Shown one piece after another: positions 35,946 to 47,781 of a stretch of DNA of 64,000 nt; the stretch's first letter is position 1, and the number at the start of each line of letters is the position of its first letter. The position numbers and the translations under genes were made by a program. The notes under the pieces were generated by a model, which searched no databases, had not been told where the DNA came from, and worked only from the letters and a program-made list of their open reading frames with translations. This stretch comes from Squalus acanthias (Eukaryota), in the NCBI GenBank assembly GCA_030390025.1, contig CM059425.1, positions 168,518,001-168,582,000 of the forward strand, in the 5' to 3' direction.

Positions 35946-36602
35946 TGTTGAAGTGGAGTATTTGAAATAAACACTCGACACCAGGTCTGCGTCCGAAGAT
36001 TCAAGCAGTCTTTATTCGCACCGGTGGGGAGACAACCTGCTATCTGTCTAGCCAGGCTTCTCTCCGATGATACGAAGTTTTAAGCAGTCTTTTATACAAA
36101 ATATAGGTACATGATTAGCCTCGTGCACGATCCATCTTAGCAATTTGACTGGGTTTCGCCCCGGTGCACATTTACTGATTGGTTATATAAAATAAAGCAG
36201 GGCTTACATTAACGCCGCCTACCAACGTGTGACATCACGATACCGCCTTCATTACCGGAAAAGCATATGACCGTTATCACCGCAAGCGGTTGCTGCAACT
36301 ATGACATTGTGCTTATTCTAGGTGGGGTTTCACCAACATTGTACATTCTTCTAAGAAGAAGACTCCTGATTCATTGTTCTGCTAATCTGCCCCTCCAGGC
36401 TTCTTGTGGTTCAATGGACTAGTTGCAATTAACTCCAAGTTACATAGCTTGCCGCAGATAATCATTCTAACACTACTGTGAAATCAACATGGCATTCTTA
36501 GCGTTATCTCAACTGTCAGTTCAGCAACTTAAGACAGCTTACTTCTGCAAACAGACTTATAGCACATTTAGTTCCTGAGACCCATTCTTAACCCTTTAAT
36601 CA
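35946..36602 (-). mobile_element. Probable solo LTR (ERV or Gypsy-type)
   Basis: TG..CA ends with flanks AAGT/TAGT. On the minus strand, CCAAT (36182-36178), TATAAAA (36096-36090) and AATAAA (36016-36011) lie in U3-R-U5 order. Confidence 0.6.
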
Positions 36603-37011
36603 TAGTAGAGCTCTAAAGCCGCACTTCATTGTGTATAAAATTAGATCAAACACAGTTTGCATTAGTCACAAATAAATGAGATAGGCCAATAGGTGCATTG
36701 TCACAAGTGTAAAGTACTTCCATTTGTTGACGAGGGAGCAAGTTATTTATGCTTCTGGTTGCACCTTTATACATAAAGCTGGCTTTAGCTTGTGTACACA
36801 ATATTTGTAGTTATCTCAAACTAATTGTCAAACTTTTTAACCTTTATGTTGAAAATTAAGATCAAATAATTGTTGATTTTTCAACATTAAGGTAATTGTA
36901 TCAAGACCCCTTAGCTCAATGCTTAATTGACACCAAAGGAGCATTCCCCTGTCCGTGACACAATTGGTGTAGCATCCTGGGATCCCCCTTTGATTGGCTT
37001 ATCCCTTCCTT

Positions 37012-37801
37012 AGCCACCGACTCCATCCCTTTCCCTGGTAACCGTCTGAGGCTCAACCAGACCGTCCACAACCATGCCGTCCTATTTGACCCTGAAATTA
37101 GCTTTCAACCACATATCTGCTCCATCACCAAGCCCGCTTACTTCCACCTGTGTAACATTTCCTGTCTTCGACCCTGTCTCAACTTATCTGCTGCAGAAAC
37201 CCTCATCCATGCCTTTGTTACCTCTAAATTTGACTCTTCCAATGCTCTCCTGGCCGGCCTCCCATCTTCCACCCTCCATAAACTTGAACAAATCCAAAAC
37301 TCTGCTGCTCGTATCCTAACTTGCACCATGTCCAATTCGCCCATCACCCTGGTCCGGCGACGCCTTGATTTAAAAATTCTCATTCTTGTTTTCAAATTGC
37401 TCCATGGCCTCACACCACCCTATCTCTGTAACCTCCACTAGCCCTACAATCAGCGTTCCCACTAGGGTTTTCCAAAAAAAATTTGGTGGAAAATTGCCTA
37501 CAACCCTCAGAGATCTCTGCGCTCCTCCAATTCTGGCCTCTTGCGCATACCCGATTTTAATCGCTCCACCATTGGCGACTGTGAATTCAGCTGTCTGGCC
37601 CATATGTCTGGAATTCCCTTCCTAAGCCTCTCCACCTCTTGACCTCTCTCTCCTCCTTATCAGGCGCTCCTTAAAGCCTACCTCTCACCTGTCTTAATAT
37701 TTCCTTATGTGGCTCTGTTTAAATTTTGTTCAGTAACACTCCTGTGAAGCACCTTGGGATGTTGTACTATGTTAAAGGCGCTATATAAATGCAAGTTGTT
37801 G
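37012..37801 (+). mobile_element. L2-type LINE 3' fragment
   Basis: ETLIHAFVTSKFDSSNALLAGLP..QIQNSAAR remnant; 3' end GTGAAGCACCTTGGGATG..AAAGGCGCTATATAAATGCAAGTTGTTG. Confidence 0.85.
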
Positions 37802-38024
37802 ATCTTATCGGTGCAGAGAGCGAAAAGTCATCAGCTGTGAAGAGTCTGAGGGATAAATGTTCTCTTCCACAAATTCTTGCCCCTGATTTTCAACAACTTC
37901 ATTTCAAATGCAAGAAATTCCCTTTGTACATTCTACTTTTATATTTTTGCATGTTATCAATTATTTTGTTGTGTTGGGTTAAAAGCCAGTTTTTCTAACC
38001 CTCAGAATGTTGCAGTTAGTAAAG

Positions 38025-38235
38025 ACTGTATGTAACTACAGATCATAAGATGCCAGGTTTTATCCTATTTGTGCCGAATTAACCAACCTTGGCCAAAGTG
38101 GCAGTAGTGGAGCCATAATTGACCTCGGCGCTCTGGTGATAGAAAGGAAAAGAGGGTCCCACTACCGAATAATCTCCAGTGACCTCGCCGTGCATATGTG
38201 GGTGTCAGGTGAGGCCTGTTTGTGATAACACATCC
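38025..38235 (+). mobile_element. Degenerate SINE-like repeat (second family; related pieces at 41630-41895 on -, 56860-57030, 63455-63625)
   Basis: Shared blocks such as CCAGTGACC(C)CTGCTGG and GCTCACACATGA..GTTACTGGAGGG recur among these loci. Confidence 0.45.
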
Positions 38236-38252
38236 TGTCAATACTTATTATT

Positions 38253-38935
38253 CAACAACAACTTGCATTTATAGAGTGCCTTTAACGTAAAAATTGTCCC
38301 AAGTCACTCCATAGATAGGCATAAGAAAAACGGATGCTGAAAGAAGAAAGGAGGAGTGTCCAAAGACTTGGTCTTAGAAATGGGTTTTGAGAAGATTTTT
38401 AAAGACGGGGAGAGATGTAGAGAAGCAGAAATGTTTAGGGAGGACATTCCAGAGAGTAGGACCCATAGGCAGTTGAGGTTCTGCAGTCAGTGGTAAGGGG
38501 AAGGGGGTTCCACAAAAGGCTAGAGTGAGATGGAATGTTTGGAGGGGGATATAGAGCTGGAAGAGATTGCAAAGATAGGCTGGAGCGGGTCCATGGAGGG
38601 ATTTAAAAGCAAGGTTTGGGGGCAGGGAACCAGTGTAGGTCAGCGAGGATGAGGTGATGAGTGAGTGAGACTTAGTGCAGACAGGATGGATGCGGCAGAG
38701 GTTTGCACAAGTTGGAGTTTATGGAGGGTGGAGGAAAATTGGGTAGCAGGAGGAGCAGTGGCATAGTCAAGTCTGGCGATGACGAGGGCATATGAGAAGT
38801 AAATGGTCTTGGTGTGGTTTTGAAGCCATGCCCAGGGTCAAACAGGACACCAAGGTTGTGAACGGTCTCATTGAGCCTGGGACAGTAGTCGGGAGGGAAT
38901 GGAATTGCTAACAAGGGAAAGGAGTTTCTGGCAGG
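38253..38935 (-). mobile_element. L2-type LINE 3' fragment
   Basis: Starts CAACAACAACTTGCATTTATA, the reverse complement of the L2 tail; VHNLGVLFDP remnant. Confidence 0.8.
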
Positions 38936-39019
38936 GACTGAAGTGACGGCTTTTTTTTTTCCGATGTTGAGTACCAGGATGCTTTACCGAGTTATGCTTT
39001 TCCGATCTTGAGTGTGCAG

Positions 39020-39755
39020 ACATGGTGCATTTTGGAATGAAGAGTAAGGAGGACATCTACTCCTTGGAAAATAAGAGTCTAAATGGGGTAGAGGGCAAAG
39101 GGATCTGGGGGTACAAATTCACAAATCATTAAAAGTAGCAACGCTGATTAAAAAAGCTATAAAAGATGCAAACATAGCACTGGGGTTCATTTCTAGAGGA
39201 ATATAATTCAAAAGCAGAGAAGTTATGTTAAACTTATATAGAACCTTGGTTAGACCACACTTTGTGCTAAGTTCTGGTCTTTATATCACAAAAAAGATAT
39301 AGAAGCACTGAAAGTGCATAAAAGATTTATAAGGATGGTACCATAACTGAGAGGGTACAGCTATCAGGAAAGACTGAATGAGCTGGGGCTCTTCTCTGGA
39401 AAAGAGAAGACTGAAAGGTGACCTGATAGTCTTTAAAAGTATTAAGGAATTTGATAGGATAGGCATTAAGAGAAGATGTTTCCAATTGTGGTGGAGTACA
39501 AAACTAGCGAACAGTCGCTAATCAATCCCTTAGGAAATTCATGAGATACTTCTTTACTCGGAGTGGTGAGAATGTGGAACTTGCGACCACATGGAGTGGT
39601 TGAGGTGAATAGCATAGATGCATTTAAGGGGAAACTAGATAAGTACACGAGGGAGAGAGGAATAGAAGGATATGTTGATAGGGTGAGATGAAGTAAGGTG
39701 GAACATTAACAGTTGGGCTGACTGGCCTGTTTCTGTGCTGTACATTCTATGTAAT
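39020..39755 (+). mobile_element. Old CR1 3' fragment
   Basis: Decayed RDLGV, LYRTLVRPH and RLKGDLI motifs plus a 3' UTR. Confidence 0.8.
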
Positions 39756-39759
39756 ACCT

Positions 39760-40780
39760 GAGGGATTTGAGTAAGCAGTGTAAGAAAGAGAAATGGTGAA
39801 TGAATGTGGGACCAAAATTGTAGGTTGGTGAAAGCTTTTGGAGATGGGAACAAAGGTAGTAAAGTGATGGGGTTTGGCTGAAGATTCTGCCACTGATTAA
39901 ATAAACGTAGGTGAGGAACACAGTATACCAGAGTCAGAAGAGCGGAAGGTGCATACTGGAATGTATAGCTGGAGAAGATTGCAGAAATATGGTGGAGGGA
40001 GGCCAAGGATGGATTTTCAAATTGAAGGCAAGGATATTGATGAGATAGGTTATGAGGGTGGGTGGGGAGAGGGGAAATTGAGAGCCAATGGAGATGGTAG
40101 GCAAGGACAGGATGGTAGATATGATTCGGTGATTCTATGTTCAGGACTGAGTATGGATTACAATATGAGCGCCAGAATTCTGGATGAGTTGGAATAAGGT
40201 GAAGCTCGAGAATCTGACTAAGGGGAGTTTTGGAGGAATCAAGCCTTGAGGTGACAAAGGTGTGTATGAGGATCTCAGTGGACAGTAGGCAGTTTAAGTT
40301 ACTGAAGTGGTGGAAATCAGTCTCTGCAGTGTTAAACTGAAGAAAGTTTTGCTCATCCAGGACTTGATTTTCAGACAGCAAGATGACAGTCATGAAGTCG
40401 AGGGTAATGGTAGAGAGCTAAAGTTGCATGCCAACGGCATACATATGAAAGCTGACCTCTCATGCTTATGGATTATGTTGCTGAGGAGAAAAACATAGAT
40501 GAGTACCAGGAGGGAGGTATGGATGGAGTCTTGGGCCTGCTGCAGGCGACCATGCAGGCACATTAGCAGAAACCATTAATGGAGATGTGCGGACTATTTT
40601 GAGATGGGTAGGAATAAACTGTGTTTTAAGTGCTACCACAGAGGTGAGCATGAAGGAGAGAAGAATGGAGATATCAACTATGTTGAAATTCAGAGTATGA
40701 GGAACGATAGTGCATGTGGTCACAGCCAATGCAGGACGCCTTTCGCAGGGTGCTCTAAAGATGAAAAACAGGCTGAGGGG
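39760..40780 (-). mobile_element. Old L2-type LINE fragment
   Basis: ORF 39635-40393 contains ILIHTFVTSRLDSS. Confidence 0.6.
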
Positions 40781-43703
40781 AGTAGTGGGCGCAGTGGTGG
40801 GTGGCGCATGTGAAAAGTGACCACTTCGGTGGATTACCAGAGGAAAATCTGTAGACTAGGTATGTGGTCATCTGTTAATATTTTTGTTCGGCACTGAGCG
40901 GATGTAGCAGGCTAGTCTACCTGCATAGGAGAGCATTTGCTTCTGTTTGTTTTTTCTGAAAATCATCCCTTATGTAAACTTTTGTCCTGTGTGGTTATTT
41001 CTTAAGGTGTCCTGGCAGTTTCCTTGTCAACTCTCCTGACAAGTTTTGCTTTGATAATGACGAGATTTATGACTTGGCTGAATAGTAATTGAAAATTGGT
41101 AATTCCTGTTATCTGAATCAGAGCCCTTCACAGGCATAGAAGGACATATCTTCCCGACATCTCATTAAGAAAACAGTGATTTGAAAAGAAATTGCCTAGA
41201 ATTACTGGATTGCGGTTTATGTTGGGGAGGGGGATTAGTAGGAGCATCAATGTATATCGTCTCATAAAAGATTTTTTTTAAAGTTTAATGCAATGTGTGC
41301 AAAAGATTGTCTTTGAATAACTACAATTATTGTAATTCTTTATCGTTCCTCTGACCAGAATATAGGTAAGTATGGATATGATGTAACACTTTGTGACACG
41401 GGAACTAGAATTTCCATTTGGCTGCTCCAGTCAGACAGGTTGTTGTGCAATTCGATTATTCCTCCTCCATTGGGATTCTGTGTGCAAAACTAATTTTGCT
41501 TGAACAAAAGAAGGCACACTATCAAAAACAGTTAGATATCTGAGTTAGTAAAGATAGTCTTGAGGCTGTAGGGAGGCAAGACTCATCTGAGTGTAGTTAA
41601 ACTACAGAAGCCAAAATATCTAGAATAAGGAGCTCAGGAAACATCCAAAAACACATGGCGTTTAGCAACTGGGAATACAGCAGCAGAGCCCGATCGTGTG
41701 CACACCCAACATATGTATGTATACAGCTTCCAACAGGGATAATGATGCGAAACAGGAATCCTGATAATTTTTCCTGTCCTTAGCTAAAGGTTGGCACCTC
41801 ATTGTTCCATCACAGATTAGTCAACGAATCACACACCTTCCTGGTTGATATGGCACCACAGCAGGTGCTGCATTTGCCCAGTGAGCACTGGGGGAGCTAC
41901 AGCACATTTCTAGTTGTGCAGTATGAAGTCACGGTGAAACACAAAAGGTTATTAGCACAGTAAGCAAAATATTGGCTTAGCTCCTGCAGTTTATAGGAAC
42001 TCTAGTCAAAATGATAGGTAATGGACTCAGGAAGAGAAGGGCAAGGAGTTAGTGTCCCAGAAAACTACGTTTCTTGTTTCACACAAAATAAAGTGTGCAT
42101 GTTCAAAGATACTGCACTCAGGGTATGGATGGATGACAGTCATAAGCTGTTCAACTGAACCTGGCAAGTTTGTTCCAGCCTTACACAGCACCCATTCATT
42201 GGTTATTCTCTGTCTTGCTTAACAATCACTGTGACAGTCGATACCACATGGAATTTCATTGTAACAGCATCTTGCAATAGCCTTGGGTAGAGCAAATAAT
42301 ACAGAAAAATAACACTTTTTGTTTTGGGCTAAGTGAGCAATATGCCTGAGGTCAGTGCACACAGCAAGCCAGCTACAGTTATAAAGCTCCTACTTACTAT
42401 TCTCAAGACTGGAAAATGAAGGCAATTTCAAAGTTGTGGAATTTAACGTATTGTTTATTTCTGCTTGCAGTAATGTAGAAAGGAGCATTTCAAGTTTTTA
42501 AATTCGATAAAATTTATTTTTTTCCTAAATTTGAAATTATTGACATTTATAGAGGGACTTTCCTGGAGTTCATATTGAGCGCTGCTTTATTCCCTTCCAA
42601 ACTACTCTAGTTCTATAAAATATAAAATTGTGTTCTGCCATACTTATCTTCCCTATCTTTAAATACATGCAGGATTTTGGTGACCTTTAACTTTCACAAC
42701 CCTTCTTGAAGTCTGTCTTCTCCCCACCCTCTGTGAAGTATCTTGAGATGCTTTGTTGTTGAAGACTCTTACGTGCAAGCTGTTTGTTATTGCTGTTTGC
42801 TACGGTGATTTGATGACCAGATAGTTGGATTTATTAACCCTCCTCAAGTGATATCTTGTGTATGAAGTACACAATAACACATCTAATTACAGAATCCCAT
42901 CAGGACCACATAAGCAATTTATACTCTAGCTGGAGACAAGATGGATCTAGACCAAATTTCAGCTGCTAAAAAAAATTATTTTATTTAAATGATTTAGTAT
43001 AATTAAATGTGTGAATATTAAGAATTTAGTCATTTGTTACCTTCTTGTTTTGTACTGCTGTATTCTGCTAGGCATTAAGTTGTGTGCTTTCTTAATATTT
43101 TTAATTGCAAACCAGATGACACTGCATGCTTTCTTGTGCTTTTTTAATAGGTAGATTTGGTGTGCTAAATATTATTGTACATTATTTCACAGCACTCGAT
43201 AGAGTGGCAGTCGCACCATCTGCCTTCATTTTTACCTTTTATTATTCAGTGAAATCTATTAACTTCCAGTGGAGAGTTTGACGGATGATTGTATTTCGAC
43301 TGAGCGCACTGAATAATTATGAAGGAAGAAAGGACACCTAGAGAATGACCTGTACTTTAATTACTTTTATTAAATCATGAGTAATGTTAAAAGCATGTTC
43401 TATTTTGGAATATTTTGTTTGTTGTACAACCGCATAAAAAGGAAAAAATGATTTGGCAACTTTGCTTCCTGTGTCCTATTTTTAAAATCCCATATCACAG
43501 TAAAACACAAAGCTAAACACTGAGATCATATTCATCTGTACATCTAAATTATTGCTGAGCTTTTCAACTGATGATGGCTTTCCAATCAGATTATTCTCGA
43601 GAGGATTTTCAAAAGGATGCTTCATATTCTGAATAATTAACCTGCAGTATACTCCGCATTACCCCAATTTAATATATTTTAAAATAAGTATTATTGAGTG
43701 TGG

Positions 43704-44630
43704 TGTCAAACATTGGCTCTGGTAGAACTCTTGCCTCTGAGTCAGAAGGTTGTGGGTTTAAACGTCACTCCAGAGATCTGAACACATAATCCAGTCTGAC
43801 ACTCCAGTGCCGTACTGAGGGAACGCTGCACTGTCAGAGGTGCCGTCTTTCGGATGAGACGTTAAACTCTGGTGGACTTAAAAGACCCTATGCACTATTT
43901 TATGAAGAGCAGGGAAGTTCTCCTGGTGTCTTGGCCAATATTCATCCCTCAACCAACATCACTAAAACAGATTATCTGGTTATGTGCATCATTGCTGTTT
44001 GTGGGACATTGCTGTGCACAAATTGGCTGCCATGTTTCCTACATTTAAATAGTAAAGAAAAAAAGAAAAGAAAGACTTGCATTTATATAGCGCCTTTCAT
44101 GACCACTGGACGTCCCAAAGCGCTTTACATCCAATGAAGTACTTTTTGAAGTGTAGTCACTGTTGTAATGTAGGAAACGCGGCAGCCAATTTGTGCACAG
44201 CAAGCTCCCATAAACCAATGTAATAATGACCAAATTATCCGTTTTAGTGATGTTGATTGAGGGATAAATATTGGCTAGGACACTGGGGATAACTTCCCTG
44301 CTCCTCTTCGAATAGTGCCATAGGATCTTTTACATCCACCTGAGAGGCAGGCAGGGCCTCGGTCTAACGTCTCATCTCCAACAGTGCAGCACTCCCTCAG
44401 TACTGCACTGGATGTCAGCCTAGATTTTTGTACTCCAGTCTCTGGAGAGGGACTTGAACCCACTACCTTCAGAGGCGAGGTTACTACCAACTGAACCACA
44501 GCTAACAGTGACTACACTTCAAATATACTTCATTAGCTATAAAGCTCAGCAATAATTTAGATGCACAGCTAATTAGCTTTGGGACGTCCTGAGGTGGTGA
44601 AAGGCACTATATAAATGCAAGTTCTTTCCT
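43704..44630 (+). mobile_element. Deu-domain SINE (43704-44045, tail 44504-44630) with an antisense copy nested inside
   Basis: The outer copy breaks at TTTCCTACATT and resumes AACAGTGACTACACTTC; its tail matches the L2 3' end. Confidence 0.85.
44066..44503 (-). mobile_element. Near full-length Deu-domain SINE
   Basis: Minus strand: A box TGGTTCAGTTGG, B box GGTTCAAGTCC, central domain, and tail AAAGGCGCTATATAAATGCAAG. Confidence 0.9.
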
Positions 44631-47600
44631 TCTTTACTTCTGCTAATGTTTTTCTAAAATGTTGTTTCAAAAACACACCTTCGATCTGGTAGGAAAACCC
44701 TACAGCCCAGCCCTACCCCGCCTCCCCCCCCCCCCCCCCCCCCCCCGCCCACCTTAAATTTTGGCCTATTGTGGAAGTACATCAACAATGCATCTTCATT
44801 ATGCAATTAGTTTGAAATGGATTGAAGACTGTGCCCCCATTCATGTATGAATAGTTGCCTGAGACCATGTCAGCTGCAGGAAGGAGGGTGGCTGATGTAG
44901 TAAAATTGGTGTTAAACTGTGAAGGATTTTTAATGCTGGTAAGAGTTTTTTTAATTGTAAATGCACAGTGTTTTTATTAGGACATGTAGCTGTTGCTCCG
45001 TGGCATTGCTCATGGGCAAATAGAAAAATGTGTGTTTTTCCTCTGTCTTCTACCCTTCCTTTTCTGAGTCTTTCACTTTGTCTCCCTCTTTCTGTAAATT
45101 CATCACTTTGTGTCATCTCACTTATGTATGTCTCCCGTTCACTTCCTATACCTGACATATAGCTTGTGTTTGTTTTTATATCTCTGATCCTTCCCTTCTC
45201 TCTCATTTTCTTCTATTATTGTTTGAATTTGCTTTGTTTCTTTTTTCTTTCTGATTTTCCTACATTACAACAGTGACTACACTTCAAAAGTACTTCATTG
45301 GCTGTAATGGTCGTGAAAGACTTTATTTCTTTTCTATTCCACCTTTGAATCTTGCCCTGCATTTTAATTTTCTCAGCCCTGACTCTGAAACCTTTGGAGG
45401 GTAAGGGAGAAAGGGGTTGGATTAGGTCTGATAGAGCAGAGAGGGTGAGAGGGTCTGGGAGTTTGGCATCTAATTGTGCTTGGAGGGGAGGGGAGATTCA
45501 GGTCTTGGGGAATAGAGGAGCTGAGCAAATCAGCAGGTTGGCATGTAGCTACATTAGGAAGTAACAAGGTCTCTGGAGTGAAGTTTAAACCCATAACCCT
45601 CTGACTCAGAGGCAACATTTTTAAAAAGCGAAGATTTTTTTAAAAAAAGCATAGTGAAATAGATATGAAAATATGGTTTGAAATGGCAGGAATACGGACA
45701 GAATGTAAAAGAAATAGCCTGTGGGTATCTGACTGACCTGCAGTCATTATGGATCAGTTGGCAATGTTGGGGTCGGGGACTCTACAGTATTGCTGTATTA
45801 AGGACTCTTATGTACATATCAGAGGTGATCAGAGATTTGAAGTTTGAACAAGGTTTTAACGTGTGTTGGGACTTCAGGCTGTTGATATTAATGAATGGAA
45901 AAAAAATGCCTGCATTCAATAATTTTCTGTGCAGCATATTGTGATACAATTATAAAACATTTCAGCAAAATAATCATCATATAATACTAAAACCTGTATT
46001 CCAAAATAAACATTATACACAGAGATCAATGGTAAAGGAACCCAAACGCAGTATCAAAGTATTTGAATTTCATTTATAACTAAACCCAATTTCCATTCCT
46101 AAAGAGGTGACAATTTTTTTAATGTAAAAAGCCAGAATCCATATTGATACTCTTGATTCCAGAAAATAGTCTACAGTACTTGCATGTTTTTGCTAAAGTT
46201 CTTGAACATTAATGTGAAACAGCAATAGGAATGTTGCTATTTTACAGATTTACTGTAGATAATGGCAATGTAATGTACTTTGTTCCCTAGTTAATAATTT
46301 ATGCAATCAGGCCCGTTCAACTAAACCTCATTAGTAAAAGGCTTCCTTTTGACAGGGCAATAAATCGAGCTAATAGATTTTGTATTTGTATTCTTTGGGC
46401 TGCAGTACAAAATTCTGCATTTCAAATTCTTTGGGCTACAATGGAAGTATACCCGAAGAAGTTGCGTTCAAAGCTAGTCATTAATTTCAAAACGTACTTT
46501 AAATCCTTCATTTATACTGTGCATGAAGATTGACTTGTTCCAGAGTGGCTGAGTAATACAAGCAGCCTATAAAATTAAGTTTTAGGGTTATATTATGCAC
46601 CAAATGTCAATTCCCTAATGTCACTTGAATTCCACTGATTAGAGTTTGAAAGGTCGACAGCCCAAACCGTCCAGTTCTCCAATATTTTTCTTTATATTTT
46701 CCATTCCATTTTGCCTTTGTTCCTGTTTAGATTTATATATTTTCCAGACTCTGGTTTGTGTTATTGTGAATATGATTGAAGACATGTTAAAATATAAGAG
46801 GGTAGGTTTTTGCAGTAATGCCATTTTCTGTTTTCAATTTTTAGAATAATGACCAGAAGAAACTAGAGCTTCATTTCAACACACAAAATATAATTTGAAA
46901 ACAGGAGTGATCACCTTTTAGATCTCATTAACATCATGTGATAATCGTTTTCTAAGAATGTGAAATAACTGATTTCCAAACAAAGGAAACTAGTTACATT
47001 ATTACACATTTGCATGTCCTTCTGAGGTGCAGTGATGAAGCACACTAAACAGTAGCTGCGTGGACAAGTTTAGAACTGCCATCAGACCATTCCCTTGTGT
47101 CTGTTTGATAATTAACACCATGATTTTTTTCTAAATAGTGTGCAGCTGTGAAACTTGTGTGCTTCTCCTGCAAGGTTGTCAGGGCACAGAGCTATTAACC
47201 CAGGAACACTCTGTCTGGGGATTCCTACATTTCTAAGGTGCTTGAAATATTAAAGCATGTGTCTCGAGATACACAACACTCGCATGGTTGACTGATTACT
47301 GTTTTCCAGCATTCTGGAAAATATTTGAATGGACCTTTTGTTGCAGGGACTAGGAATGCAGAGATCCTAGCTGTATGACTTATTCCAAAGTGTTTTGTTT
47401 TGGAAGGGGGAAAAGCTTGGAAGCATGACAACCTATTGGCAATTCGACTAGTAAATTGGCTCCAGTTTTCCTTGTACTTGAAAATGGAACCTGATATTCC
47501 AATAATTTGTCATATCAGTAAGCATTTTATGACACGAGAGGTGAATTTTCTTTTTTTTCTCATGCTTCATGGAAATTTTCTAGCCTGAGTATTTCTCTCT

Positions 47601-47781
47601 GAACGCTTCAGATGGGGTCTTCAATTTAATGCTGCTAGATGGAGAAATACTTTCCGAAAGGTCTGTGGGGCCAATCAAATTAACAGTTAAACTCAACAAA
47701 GTGTTGGCATTTGAATTGAGTGGCTTGGCCCTGCTTCAGATAACTGGCTCAGATGTGATGATTAATTGTTGCAATTCAAAG

